Below, in pieces: positions 37,703 to 47,338 of a DNA stretch of 64,000 nucleotides. The translations under genes and the position numbers were made by a program. How positions within the stretch are numbered: position 1 is the first letter of the stretch; the number at the start of each line of letters is the position of its first letter. Source of the DNA: an uncultured Actinomycetota bacterium (GTDB lineage Bacteria; Actinomycetota; Actinomycetes; Propionibacteriales; Propionibacteriaceae). Under the pieces are notes generated by a model. That model had not been told where the DNA came from. It made no database searches and was given only the letters and a program-made list of their open reading frames with translations. The stretch spans positions 73,292-137,291 of the forward strand of contig CAWIZB010000018.1 of NCBI GenBank assembly GCA_963840505.1, given 5' to 3'.

Positions 37703-37746
37703 GCCAAACGCAGCGCACATTCTCTAAGCCAAACGCAGCGCACATT
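37697..37746 (+). repeat. 25-bp perfect tandem duplication ctctaagccaaacgcagcgcacatt x2
   Basis: Seen directly; includes the peptide stop codon. Confidence 0.9.
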
Positions 37747-37827
37747 TCTGCTTCTGCTCTGAACCGCGTGCCAAATCGCGGTCGAAAGGCTAGTGAAATC
37801 GCGTCCAAAGTCAGATAGTGTTGTCAT

Positions 37828-38010
37828 AGACAAGGCAAGCACCAGATCTTCCGCAAGGAAGCCGGGATACCTGACGTTCCCGGTGGTCGAGATGCGTACT
37901 GAGCGTGGCTCGACCAGCACAGCCCGTGTGGAACTTTTCCCCGAGGTTCCGCTCGGAGTTCCTCCCCCTGGGCGACGCCCGCGGTTCAGATTCGGACCGC
38001 GGGCGTGGCT
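37828..38010 (+). ncRNA. Structured small RNA candidate (possibly Ms1-like)
   Basis: Promoter GTGAAA-N17-TAGTGT (37793-37821); five consecutive hairpins including a GCAA tetraloop; 11-13 bp terminal stem at 37975-38006; no RBS-led ORF. Confidence 0.55.
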
Positions 38011-38017
38011 TTGGGAT

Positions 38018-39034
38018 TTAGCTTCCATGCCCGATCCGGGTCTGAGGCTGATAATTCAGGTATGCAACGGATCTGCCGCCGCGTAAACCGTCTGACCTGA
38101 CGAGTGCTGCGCCTAGCTGCAGCCGCGTCGACACCCCCAGCTCATCCATAAGTTCAGAGATCCAGCGCCGGACCGAGCGCACGTTGATGTTCAACGTATT
38201 CGCTATTGCAGAGTCGGTTGAGCCGGTCATCAGCATTGAGATCAACATCTGGCGACGTGGATCGTTTTCACTGTTGACGGAGGTCATGATCGGCACCGCC
38301 GCCTCCCACACCGCCTCGAAGAGCCACTGCAGTGCTTCGACCAGCAGGGCATGGCGCACGACCGAGGCCCTGAGTTCATGCCCTGGGGCGTACGAACGCA
38401 TCGATGGGATGAGGGCAGTATGAGAATCGATGATGATCAACTTCATCGGAACCGGTGACGTACGTGACTGTTCGCCCTTCTTGGCGAAGAGACTCAGTTC
38501 GGTAAGTCGATCGGCGTCGAAGCCTGGGTCGTAGACGCATCGCATCATCACGTTTCGCTCCAGCGCCTGCCACTCCGGCTCGACGCTGAGAGCCTCTTCG
38601 GTGATGGTCGACCTGATCTGCGCGTACGGCGGCTTGTCGAAGAAGCAGATCTCCCGACGGGCGGAATCCATCAGGTCTCGGTGTACGGCGACTATCGACT
38701 CGCGTCCGACAATGGTCTTGACGTCGTCCTCGGTCGCCCCAGCGGCCGCCAGGTGACTCTCCAGCGACTCGGCCGCCACACTCGCCAACTCGATCTCGGA
38801 CAATCGCTGGGCCTTGAGCTGGTTGACCACATCGAGTAAGGGCAACGCCCGCCAATGTCCCAATGAGGAATCCGTTGCCAGCCCGAGCTTTCGCAACTCC
38901 TCGAGGGTCTCAGCCACACACTCAGAGGTTGATGACGTGAGCCGCGCCAGCTCAGCCACCGACGCCGAAGCCAGTGGCCCGAGCGCGACATATATGGCCT
39001 CCGCTTCGGCACTGATGCCTAGCGGCTGAAGCAT
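38018..39034 (-). CDS. TrmB N-terminal HTH + sensor + LuxR-type C-terminal HTH regulator
   Basis: LGISAEAEAIYVAL..VAELA; PMKLIIID..ALIP; LMTGSTDSAIANTLNINVRSVRRWISELMDELG..TRLQLG. Confidence 0.88.
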   Translation of the reverse strand: MLQPLGISAEAEAIYVALGPLASASVAELARLTSSTSECVAETLEELRKLGLATDSSLGHWRALPLLDVVNQLKAQRLSEIELASVAAESLESHLAAAGATEDDVKTIVGRESIVAVHRDLMDSARREICFFDKPPYAQIRSTITEEALSVEPEWQALERNVMMRCVYDPGFDADRLTELSLFAKKGEQSRTSPVPMKLIIIDSHTALIPSMRSYAPGHELRASVVRHALLVEALQWLFEAVWEAAVPIMTSVNSENDPRRQMLISMLMTGSTDSAIANTLNINVRSVRRWISELMDELGVSTRLQLGAALVRSDGLRGGRSVAYLNYQPQTRIGHGS

Positions 39035-39183
39035 TCTTTCCCTCCAGCGCGACGTTCTGACAGGGGCTATCGCCCGACGCGCCCATGAGCGTAAGCCGAT
39101 ACGCTGAGCCAACGGCACAGCGACCCCGTTCGCTGATCGATCGTCTCACAACCACCCGAACGGCCCAAAGGAGAGTTTCCAGG

Positions 39184-40686
39184 ATGGCTGAACTTGCTCA
39201 GATCGGTGTCACAGGCCTCGCGGTCATGGGCCGCAACCTCGCACGCAACTTCGCCAGGCATGGTCATCGCGTGGCGATCCACAATCGCAGCTACGCCAAG
39301 ACTGAGTCGCTGATCGCCGAGGCCGGGTCAGAGGGGACGTTCATTCCGTCCGAATCCATGCCCGATTTCGTCGCCTCACTGGAGCGTCCGCGTCGCGTAT
39401 TAATCATGGTGAAAGCCGGTGCCGGGACTGATGCGGTGATCGATGAACTGACTCCACTGATGGAACCCGGCGACATCTTGATCGACGCGGGCAATGCGCA
39501 TTTCCCCGACACCATCCGCCGGGAGCGGAAGCTGGCCGAGATTGGCCTGCACTTTGTGGGCACCGGTGTCTCCGGCGGTGAGGAGGGCGCGCTCAACGGC
39601 CCATCGATCATGCCAGGCGGTTCGCGCGAATCGTACGAGTCGCTGGGTCCCTTGCTGGAAAGCATTGCCGCGAAGGTCGACGGCGTCCCTTGCTGCACTT
39701 ATGTCGGTCCGGACGGGGCCGGTCATTTCGTCAAGATGGTTCACAACGGCATCGAGTACGCCGACATGCAGTTGATCGCCGAGGCGTACGACTTGATCAA
39801 GCAGGCCACCGGCGCGAGTGCGGCCGAGATCGGCGAGATCTTCAAGACCTGGAACGAGGGCGACCTGGAGTCGTTCCTGATCGAGATCACCGCCGAGGTG
39901 CTCGGCCAGGTCGATGCCGAGACGGGGAACGCGTTCGTCGACGTCGTCCTGGACCAGGCCGAGCAGAAGGGCACTGGCCGCTGGACGGTGCAGAACGCTC
40001 TCGACCTCGGCGTGCCGATCACCGGCATCGCGGAAGCGACCTTCGCGCGTGCGCTGTCCGGATCGGTGCCGCAACGTGAGGCGGCGCACCGGAAACTGGC
40101 TGCCAGCACCGGGGAGTGGAAGGTCGGCGATCGTGACGCGTTCGTCGAGGACGTGCGGCAGGCGCTGTACGCGTCGAAGGTCGTCGCCTACTCCCAGGGG
40201 TTCGACCAGATCGCGGCCGCCAGCGCGGAGTTCGGCTGGGACATCGACCGCGGCGCTATGGCCCGCATCTGGCGGGGCGGCTGCATCATTCGGGCCAGGT
40301 TCCTGAACCGGATCACCGAGGCGTACGAGCGCGAGGGTGATCTTCCCCTGTTGCTGGCCGACGACTACTTCGTCGACGCCGTCGGCACCTGCCTGGCCGC
40401 GTGGCGACGAGTGGTTGCCGGTGCGGCTCAGAACGGCATCCCCATTCCGGCGTTTTCCTCGTCCCTGGCCTACTACGACGGGATCCGGGCCGAGCGGCTG
40501 CCCGCCGCGCTGATCCAGGCCCAGCGGGACTTCTTCGGCGCGCACACCTACCGCCGCGTCGACAAGGACGGCTCCTTCCACACCGAGTGGAGCGCCGACC
40601 GCACCGAGCGTCAGGTCGGGGAAGCCTTCAAGCAGGATGTGCCCGCAGCCAAGGAGTCCGAGAAGGCGCCCGCCACCTCGGCATGA
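39184..40686 (+). CDS. gndA: NADP-dependent 6-phosphogluconate dehydrogenase
   Basis: IGVTGLAVMGRNLA, HFVKMVHNGIEY, QAQRDFFGAHTY. Confidence 0.97.
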   Translation: MAELAQIGVTGLAVMGRNLARNFARHGHRVAIHNRSYAKTESLIAEAGSEGTFIPSESMPDFVASLERPRRVLIMVKAGAGTDAVIDELTPLMEPGDILIDAGNAHFPDTIRRERKLAEIGLHFVGTGVSGGEEGALNGPSIMPGGSRESYESLGPLLESIAAKVDGVPCCTYVGPDGAGHFVKMVHNGIEYADMQLIAEAYDLIKQATGASAAEIGEIFKTWNEGDLESFLIEITAEVLGQVDAETGNAFVDVVLDQAEQKGTGRWTVQNALDLGVPITGIAEATFARALSGSVPQREAAHRKLAASTGEWKVGDRDAFVEDVRQALYASKVVAYSQGFDQIAAASAEFGWDIDRGAMARIWRGGCIIRARFLNRITEAYEREGDLPLLLADDYFVDAVGTCLAAWRRVVAGAAQNGIPIPAFSSSLAYYDGIRAERLPAALIQAQRDFFGAHTYRRVDKDGSFHTEWSADRTERQVGEAFKQDVPAAKESEKAPATSA

Positions 40687-41894
40687 CCCGCTTCGGTCCG
40701 CAGATCCTGACGCGCCTGGGTGGCCGAACCGCGTGGGCCGCGCGCGCCGCCGGGGCCCGACTGCGGAACGAGGTGGCGTCCGGTGGCTTCGCCGAGCGGG
40801 CCGGTCGCAACGGGCCGGTGCCCAATGCTGGGATTGCGGTCTTCTTCGCCACCGGCCCGGAAAATCTCTACCAGTTCGAGCAGTGGCGTCTTCCGCTGGA
40901 ACATCTGGCCCTGCAGCGTCCGGTCTTCGTGATCGTCGACCGGCCCGACACCGGGGAGCTGGTGCTTCGAACCAGCAGCCTCCCGGTTGCTTTCGTCCGT
41001 GGCAGCGCAGCACTCGAACGGCTGGTCGGTGAACGGGACGTCCGGGTGGTGCTCTACCTCAATCAGCTCGAGGCGAACTTCCGCATGTTGCGGTTTCCGG
41101 GCCCGGTGCACATTCAGATTGGGCACGGTGAAAGCGACAAGGGGGGAAGTGTCTCCAACCAGCACAAGGCGTACGACCTGGTTTTTGTCGGCGGCGATGC
41201 GGGTCGCGATCGCCTCGGTCAGGCGCTGCGCGGTTTCGATGCGACCGAGCGCACGCTGCTGGTCGGCCGCCCACAGCTTGACTACAGCTACCCAGGCGCC
41301 CCGCTCTGGCCACGCGACTCCGGAACCCGGGTGTGGTACGCGCCCACCTGGGCGGGTGATCGGCCGAGCATTGCCTACGGGTCGCTGGCCAGTCACGGCG
41401 TGTCGATCATCGAGGCTCTTCTTGCTGATCCGTCGATCCGCATCATCTACCGCCCGCACCCCCGGACCGGCTACACCACTCGCGAGTATCGCGACGCGGA
41501 CAAAGCCGTCCGAGCCCTGCTCGCGAAGGCCGGCGACCGGCACCTTGTTGATTGCGACGGCTATGGCTGGCAGTGGGACTTCGCAGACGTCTGCATCACC
41601 GATGTGTCGGCCGTTGCCTATGACTGGCTGGCAACGGGCAAACCACTGGTGATCACCGAGCCGGCGCCAACCGCCTACCGCCCAGCCTCACCGCTGCTGG
41701 ACACCCTGCCGCTGCTGGGTGTCGCGGACGCCGGAGAGGTGCTGACGAGAGTCCGCGCACTGCAAGGTGATTCGGCCGCACGGGAGCAACTCCGGGGGCT
41801 TGCCTACCACTATTTCGGTGATGTAAGTGCCCAGCAGGGCACGAAACGGTTCGAGGATGCGATTGAGCGCGCCTACCAGCTCCAACGATCCTGA
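40683..41894 (+). CDS. CDP-glycerol glycerophosphotransferase-like protein
   Basis: HGESDK, YAPTWAG, YRPHP, ITDVSAVAYDW. Confidence 0.7.
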   Translation: MTRFGPQILTRLGGRTAWAARAAGARLRNEVASGGFAERAGRNGPVPNAGIAVFFATGPENLYQFEQWRLPLEHLALQRPVFVIVDRPDTGELVLRTSSLPVAFVRGSAALERLVGERDVRVVLYLNQLEANFRMLRFPGPVHIQIGHGESDKGGSVSNQHKAYDLVFVGGDAGRDRLGQALRGFDATERTLLVGRPQLDYSYPGAPLWPRDSGTRVWYAPTWAGDRPSIAYGSLASHGVSIIEALLADPSIRIIYRPHPRTGYTTREYRDADKAVRALLAKAGDRHLVDCDGYGWQWDFADVCITDVSAVAYDWLATGKPLVITEPAPTAYRPASPLLDTLPLLGVADAGEVLTRVRALQGDSAAREQLRGLAYHYFGDVSAQQGTKRFEDAIERAYQLQRS

Positions 41895-41909
41895 TAGGCC
41901 TGCGTGGAC

Positions 41910-42164
41910 TCAGAGCCCGCGCAGGAAATCGATGTCGTCGTCGGGTGCCTTCGGAAGCTGCGTCTGCTTTGTGCCCGAGGACTCCGCGTTAGGCCGACCA
42001 AGCAACAGCCAGCAGACGGCGCCGGCTAGCGGCAGGCAGATGATCGCAGTCGCCCAGAGCCAGCGAGGCATCCGGCGGACGGCGTACGGCGGGGCCTGAG
42101 CGACCTCGACGACACAGTAGATCATCAGCAACGCAATGATGATGATCGGTAGATACCGCCCCAT
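41910..42164 (-). CDS. PLDc_N-domain small membrane protein
   Basis: Two TM; W.AIICLPLAGAVCWLLLGRP; APDDDIDFL tail. Confidence 0.8.
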   Translation of the reverse strand: MGRYLPIIIIALLMIYCVVEVAQAPPYAVRRMPRWLWATAIICLPLAGAVCWLLLGRPNAESSGTKQTQLPKAPDDDIDFLRGL

Positions 42165-42212
42165 AACGGAAGTATGCGTCTTGGGCCCGGGTCGACACAA
42201 CAGGCGACGCCC

Positions 42213-42306
42213 GTGCCCTCGAAAGGAAATCTCTTGACGCTTGGGGGCGCCCAGGCACGCACCTGAACGTCGCCAAGCGTCAAGGAACTTCCCGTCGAGG
42301 GCACTA
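42213..42306. repeat. MITE/REP-like palindromic element, short copy
   Basis: Same arms as 27814-27978 with only a cacgca spacer. Confidence 0.85.
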
Positions 42307-42375
42307 GGCTGTCGGGATGCCTCGCGGACATGTCGCCATGTCTGGGCGCCGAGATCTGAGCGGGCACGGCGGGTC

Positions 42376-43185
42376 GTGGTGACGGCCGGTTTCGATGTCG
42401 GCGCCGAGCGACCCGCTCGGCCGACGATCACCCAGCTGCGTGAGGTGACGCAGCCCCCGAGCGTCCGTAGCCGTGCCGCCGCTGAACACTGGGTCGCGCA
42501 TGCCTACCTGAGGGACATTTCCCCTTATCTCACACGGATCCTGCTGCGAGGCGGGTTCAGCGCCAACGGCGTTACGTGGCTGATGATCATCGCTGCGGCC
42601 GCCGCTGCGGTCGCCACCGGCTGGCCCGCCCTCTCCGGTGCGATTCTCGCGGTGATCTTGGTCCAGCTGCAGATGCTGCTGGACTGCTGCGACGGGGAGG
42701 TCGCGCGGTGGCGACAAACCTCGTCGCCACGCGGGGTCTACCTCGATCGAGTCGGGCATTACGTGGCAGAGTGCGGGATCGCTGTCGCTCTGGGCGTCCG
42801 TGCCACCGGTGAACTGCGGCTCAGCGGGATCTGGATCAGCGCCGGCCTGCTGCTCGGTTTGCTGATCGCCTTGAACAAGGTCGAGAACGATCTGGTGCAT
42901 GTTGCGCGGCACTACGCCGGCTTGCCGCAGATGCGGGACGCCGAGGAGGTGCGGACGCCGAGGGGAGGTGCGCTCCGTACCGCGCGGCGGCTGGCAGGGC
43001 TGGTGCCGTTCCACAAGGTCTTCCATTCCGTTGAGTTGTCCATCCTGGTGCTCATCGCCGCGATCATCGACCTCTTCGTTGGCGGTGCAGCAACCAAGGT
43101 GCTGCTCGCAGCACTCGTCATCGCAGCCGGCGTGACACTGATTGGTCATCTGATTGCCGTGTTGGCATCGTCCAGGCTGCGATGA
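42376..43185 (+). CDS. CDP-alcohol phosphatidyltransferase family protein
   Basis: LDCCDGEVARWR..GVYLDRVGH signature. Confidence 0.9.
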   Translation: MVTAGFDVGAERPARPTITQLREVTQPPSVRSRAAAEHWVAHAYLRDISPYLTRILLRGGFSANGVTWLMIIAAAAAAVATGWPALSGAILAVILVQLQMLLDCCDGEVARWRQTSSPRGVYLDRVGHYVAECGIAVALGVRATGELRLSGIWISAGLLLGLLIALNKVENDLVHVARHYAGLPQMRDAEEVRTPRGGALRTARRLAGLVPFHKVFHSVELSILVLIAAIIDLFVGGAATKVLLAALVIAAGVTLIGHLIAVLASSRLR

Positions 43186-44057
43186 GCGGGCCTGCGCAGC
43201 CGAAGTTCGGGGTCGTCGTTTTGACGATGGGCAACCGGCCCGACGATCTGAAACGCGGCCTTGCCAGTCTGCTGAATCAGCGCGACGTCGACCTCGACGT
43301 TGTTGTGGTCGGCAACGGGTGGCAGCCAGTCGGCTTGCCTGACGGGGTGAAGGGCCACGGGTTGAGTGAGAACCTCGGCATTCCAGCCGGTCGTAACGCT
43401 GGAGTGAGCTTGGTCCAAGGGGAGTTGCTGTTCTTCCTCGACGATGATGCCTGCCTCCCGGAGGACGACATCCTGGCTCGAATGGCGATGCAGTTCGCCG
43501 CCGATCCAACGCTGGGCATGATCCAGCCCAGGGTCGTCGATCCTCACGGACTAAAGGCTCCCAGGCGCTGGACGCCACGCGTACGCGTCGGCGACCCAGC
43601 TCGGAGCAGTCCCGCGATGAACGTCTGGGAGGGCGCGGTCGCGGTCCGGCGCGATGCGTTCGAGTACGCCAGCGGCTGGCCGGAGCCGTTCTGGTACGCC
43701 CATGAAGGCATCGACCTGGCCTGGCGGGTGTGGGACGGTGGTTTCCACGTTCGCTATGACGGGGCAATCGAGGTGCATCACCCGGCCATTCAGCCCACCC
43801 GGCACGCGGAGTTCTACCGATATCAGGCTCGGAATCGGATCTGGCTCGCCAGACGTAACCTCCCGCTGGCGGTCGGTGTGCCCTACGTGTTGGTGTGGGC
43901 CGGAGTGTCGGCGGTCCGGCTACGGTCGCGTAGCGCGCTCGTCGAGACGTTGCGCGGGTACCGGATCGGGCTCACCCAGTCCGGCGGAGAGCGGCGCCCG
44001 ATGAGTTGGCGAACGATCTGGCGCATGACGCGCGCCGGGCGTCCACCGGTAATTTAG
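43182..44057 (+). CDS. GT2-family glycosyltransferase
   Basis: [20 protein letters not shown]. Confidence 0.9.
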   Translation: MSGPAQPKFGVVVLTMGNRPDDLKRGLASLLNQRDVDLDVVVVGNGWQPVGLPDGVKGHGLSENLGIPAGRNAGVSLVQGELLFFLDDDACLPEDDILARMAMQFAADPTLGMIQPRVVDPHGLKAPRRWTPRVRVGDPARSSPAMNVWEGAVAVRRDAFEYASGWPEPFWYAHEGIDLAWRVWDGGFHVRYDGAIEVHHPAIQPTRHAEFYRYQARNRIWLARRNLPLAVGVPYVLVWAGVSAVRLRSRSALVETLRGYRIGLTQSGGERRPMSWRTIWRMTRAGRPPVI

Positions 44058-44062
44058 CGATT

Positions 44063-45151
44063 GTGGAGCGGGCCGATAGGAATGACCGTGCCTGGTTGGA
44101 GTGGGCGATCGGACAAGTGGAGGCGGATGCGAATCGCAGCGCCGACACCCACCTGCATCGGTTTCCGCTGCCAGCGGAATGGGGTATCAGTCTTTACTTG
44201 AAAGACGAGTCGGTGCACCCGACCGGAAGCCTGAAGCATCGTTTGGCGCGGTCGCTGGTGCTCTACGGCCTCTGCAACAACTGGATTTACCGAAGCACCA
44301 CCCTGGTGGAGGCGTCCTCCGGGTCCACCGCAGTCAGCGAGGCCTATTTCGCGCGGCTGCTCCACCTGCCGTTCGTGGCTGTCATGCCAGCCTCGACCGT
44401 ACGAGAGAAGATCGGGCTGATCGAGTTCTATGGCGGGCAATGCAAGCTGGTCGAGGATCCGACGACGATCTACCAGGTGGCGGCCGACCTTGCCGACAGC
44501 TGCGGTGGGTACTACCTCGATCAGTTCACCTATGCCGAACGGGCCACCGACTGGCGCGGCAATAACAACATCGCCGAGTCGATGTTCGCTCAGCTGAGCC
44601 GCGAGCCGTTTCCAATACCCGTCTGGGTGGTTGTCGGGGCCGGCACCGGCGGTACCAGTGCCACCATCGGCCGCTATCTGAGGTTGAAGAAGTACTTCAC
44701 GCAGCTCTGTGTCGTCGATCCCGAGAACTCGGCGTTCTATGACGGGTGGCGGAACCGGGATGCGACGGTCACCGCCGCCGGCTCGAAGATCGAAGGCATC
44801 GGCCGCCCGCGAGTGGAGCCGAGCTTCGTTCCGTCGCTGGTGGACCGGATGATCATGGTGCCGGATGCTGCATCGATCGCCGCCATGCGATGGTGCACCA
44901 GCAAACTGGACCGCTGGGTCGGTGGGTCAACCGGAACCAATATGTGGGGAGCGCTGCAGCTAATCGCGGAAATGAAAGCCGAGGGCAAACGGGGCAGCGT
45001 CATCACCTTGCTCTGCGACGACGGCCGCCGTTACGCCCACACGTACTACGACGACGCCTGGGTCGCCGAGCGAGGTTGGGACCTGGCTCCGCGCCTGGCC
45101 ACGCTCGAAGCGTTCCAGGCCTCCGGCACCTGGCCCAGCCATGCGCCCTGA
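44063..45151 (+). CDS. PLP-dependent cysteine synthase family protein (Cds1-like cysteine desulfhydrase)
   Basis: [38 protein letters not shown]. Confidence 0.88.
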   Translation: MERADRNDRAWLEWAIGQVEADANRSADTHLHRFPLPAEWGISLYLKDESVHPTGSLKHRLARSLVLYGLCNNWIYRSTTLVEASSGSTAVSEAYFARLLHLPFVAVMPASTVREKIGLIEFYGGQCKLVEDPTTIYQVAADLADSCGGYYLDQFTYAERATDWRGNNNIAESMFAQLSREPFPIPVWVVVGAGTGGTSATIGRYLRLKKYFTQLCVVDPENSAFYDGWRNRDATVTAAGSKIEGIGRPRVEPSFVPSLVDRMIMVPDAASIAAMRWCTSKLDRWVGGSTGTNMWGALQLIAEMKAEGKRGSVITLLCDDGRRYAHTYYDDAWVAERGWDLAPRLATLEAFQASGTWPSHAP

Positions 45152-45169
45152 GCCCGTCGAAGGGCTCAG
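45143..45169. repeat. REP-like unit forming hairpin CTGAGCCC-GTCGAA-GGGCTCAG between convergent genes
   Basis: Same family as 47267-47332 and 63179-63252. Confidence 0.75.
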
Positions 45170-46071
45170 CCCGCATTTCCCAGGATCAACCCGATTGCGA
45201 ACCCGACGGAGCTCGCGAGCTCTGCAAGCCCGGTGGCTTTGAGTACGCCGATCAGCGCCAGACCGATGGCTCCGGACGTCACGAGCCGCACGGCAGGAAT
45301 GATCAAGAACAGTCCGGCCAGCCCGAGGAGCGCCCACCAGGTCGTAAGGAAGGCCACGATGATGATCAACAACCCGCTGAGTGCGACCAAGATCACGTAG
45401 AGCACCCGAGTCCTGGCGTCCCCAAGGCGGGTTGCCACGGTTCGCTTGCCGACCTGCTGATCGCCTCGGATGTCGCGCAGGTTGTTAGCCACCAAGATCG
45501 CGCACGCCAAGGCGCCGACCCATACGCCGGTGAGCAGCGTGGCGAATGAAACCTTGCCCACTTGCACGTACGCGGTGCCGCAGACTGCCACCAGTCCAAA
45601 GAAGACGAAGACGAAGACCTCGCCCAGGCCGACATATCCGTAGGGGTGTTTTCCACCTGTGTAGTACCAGGCGGCCAGCACGGCTGCCACACCCACAGCC
45701 AACAGCCACCAGTACTGGGTCATGATCACAAGTGCCAGTCCGGCCAGACAAGCGATCCCGAAGCTGATGAACGCCGCGCGCTTCACCAGCGGCGGCGAGG
45801 CGAGACCCGAACCGACGAGCCGCTGTGGACCGACCCGTTCAGTGTCCGTGCCGCGGATGCCGTCGGAGTAGTCGTTGGCATAGTTCACGCCGACCTGTAG
45901 TGCCAGACTGACGACGAGCGCCAGGACTGCAGCGACCCAGGAGGCGCCCTGCTCGAAGACGGCCAGGCCCGTTCCCGCGATCACCGGAGAGCACGCCGCT
46001 GGCAGCGTACGCGGTCGCGCACCCGCCAGCCACTGCGTCGGCGTCGGCCGGGGAGCTGTCTCGGCGGTCAT
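45166..46071 (-). CDS. menA: 1,4-dihydroxy-2-naphthoate polyprenyltransferase
   Basis: ARPRTLPAA, NYANDYSDGIRGTD, NNLRDI. Confidence 0.96.
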   Translation of the reverse strand: MTAETAPRPTPTQWLAGARPRTLPAACSPVIAGTGLAVFEQGASWVAAVLALVVSLALQVGVNYANDYSDGIRGTDTERVGPQRLVGSGLASPPLVKRAAFISFGIACLAGLALVIMTQYWWLLAVGVAAVLAAWYYTGGKHPYGYVGLGEVFVFVFFGLVAVCGTAYVQVGKVSFATLLTGVWVGALACAILVANNLRDIRGDQQVGKRTVATRLGDARTRVLYVILVALSGLLIIIVAFLTTWWALLGLAGLFLIIPAVRLVTSGAIGLALIGVLKATGLAELASSVGFAIGLILGNAG

Positions 46072-47189
46072 CCGGTCGCCTGCGGCTCAGCGTGTAGGTT
46101 CATGATCATCGACCTGATCGCGATCCGATCCGGCTTACCACTGGCCAACCTCGGGAGCTGGTCGAGATAGATCAGTTCGCGTGGCGCCGCGTACGCCGGT
46201 AATGACTCCCGAACTACGGCCCGGAGATCCTCCAGCGAGCCTGGCGAATCCGAGACAGCAATGATTCTGCTTCCCCACACCGGATCAGGGACACCAAGCA
46301 CGGCGACCTGAGCCCCACCACGAGCCGCCCACTGTTGCACGGACTGTTCGACGTCGGCAAGATCAACCTTGTGGCCGCCGGTGATCACGATGTCGTCCAT
46401 CCGTCCTAGGACCACCAGTTTTCCAGCATCCCAGACCCCCCGATCTTGGGTGCGAAGCCTGCCGTCCACGACAGTTTCAGCGGTGAGATCTGGACGCAGT
46501 CGATAGCCGGTGAAAAGCGTCGAACTCCTGATCATGATCCGACCCTCGTCCGCGAGTTCAACAGCGACGCCCTGCAGTGGCTCGCCGTCACAGACACAGC
46601 CGCCGCAGGTCTCGCTCATGCCGTACGTGATCACGACCCTGATTCCAGCGCTGAAGGCGCGCTCCAGCAAACCGGGGCTCGCGGGGCCACCACCAACCAG
46701 GACGGCACTGAAGCTGGCCAACGCCTCGGCTACCTCGCCGCGGCGCAGCGCTCGGTCGAGCTGCGCCGGAACCAACGAGATGTAGCGACGGTGCGACAGC
46801 GTGCCGCCTACCTCCGGCAGGTTGCTGAGATCGGAACGCACTGGCGCTGCACGCGTGCCGTCAAGACACGCCCGGGCCAGCACCATCAGGCCGGCGATGT
46901 AGTGCGTGGGCAAGGCCAGCGCCCAGTCGCCAGCTCCGCCCAGCGGCGTGCCCATCGCCTCGACCGACGCGCGGATCGCGGCGCGAGAGAGTACGACGCC
47001 TTTTGGTGCTCCAGTCGAACCGGACGAGGCGACGACCACAGCCGCGTCAGCCTCGGTCACAGGCTCTGCGGGCTGGAGCATCGTGATCGTCCGAGCCTGC
47101 TCGATCGGGTCCGCCGGCAGTGGGGCGATGGGAGGACCGCCACTCAAGGAAATGGCCAGCGACCAGGCGACGTCTGCGGGCTCAACCAA
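46068..47189 (-). CDS. menE: O-succinylbenzoate-CoA ligase
   Basis: SSGSTGAPKG, TYGMSET, LASGKPDR; men cluster context. Confidence 0.88.
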   Translation of the reverse strand: MVEPADVAWSLAISLSGGPPIAPLPADPIEQARTITMLQPAEPVTEADAAVVVASSGSTGAPKGVVLSRAAIRASVEAMGTPLGGAGDWALALPTHYIAGLMVLARACLDGTRAAPVRSDLSNLPEVGGTLSHRRYISLVPAQLDRALRRGEVAEALASFSAVLVGGGPASPGLLERAFSAGIRVVITYGMSETCGGCVCDGEPLQGVAVELADEGRIMIRSSTLFTGYRLRPDLTAETVVDGRLRTQDRGVWDAGKLVVLGRMDDIVITGGHKVDLADVEQSVQQWAARGGAQVAVLGVPDPVWGSRIIAVSDSPGSLEDLRAVVRESLPAYAAPRELIYLDQLPRLASGKPDRIAIRSMIMNLHAEPQATG

Positions 47190-47266
47190 CCGGAGCCTTG
47201 ACCTCTCCCGGGGCAGCTGGGCTCACGGCGGCGGGGCTCACGGCGACCAGGCTAGCCAGTGATTGC

Positions 47267-47332
47267 GCGCTGAGCCCATCGACAAGCTCAGGACGGCGCT
47301 TGTCGAAGCGCCCTTCGACGGGCTCAGGGCGC
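47267..47332. repeat. Cluster of REP-like units (CTGAGCCTGTCGAAG family) between menE and menC
   Basis: ctgagcccatcgacaagctcagg..gcttgtcgaagcgcccttcgacgggctcagggcgc. Confidence 0.75.
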
Positions 47333-47338
47333 AAACAC

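Noticed and set aside
37482-37727. ORF-track peptides reading DIAFA/DTVFG or TQSSG repeats
   Set aside because: In those frames the unit differences are non-synonymous and there is no RBS or start. They are shadows of the GHSLR frame.
37584-37746. CRISPR array
   Set aside because: The units are contiguous 15-mers with no unique spacers and no cas genes. The synonymous-only variation indicates coding repeats.
37840-37960. c-di-AMP (ydaO) or SAM-IV riboswitch
   Set aside because: There is only a superficial 5' similarity, the conserved 3' motifs are missing, and no downstream same-strand gene exists to regulate.
47120-47338. REP-encoded N-terminal extension of MenC
   Set aside because: The upstream in-frame start overlaps the divergent menE, and a better ATG exists at 47339, so the repeats are intergenic.
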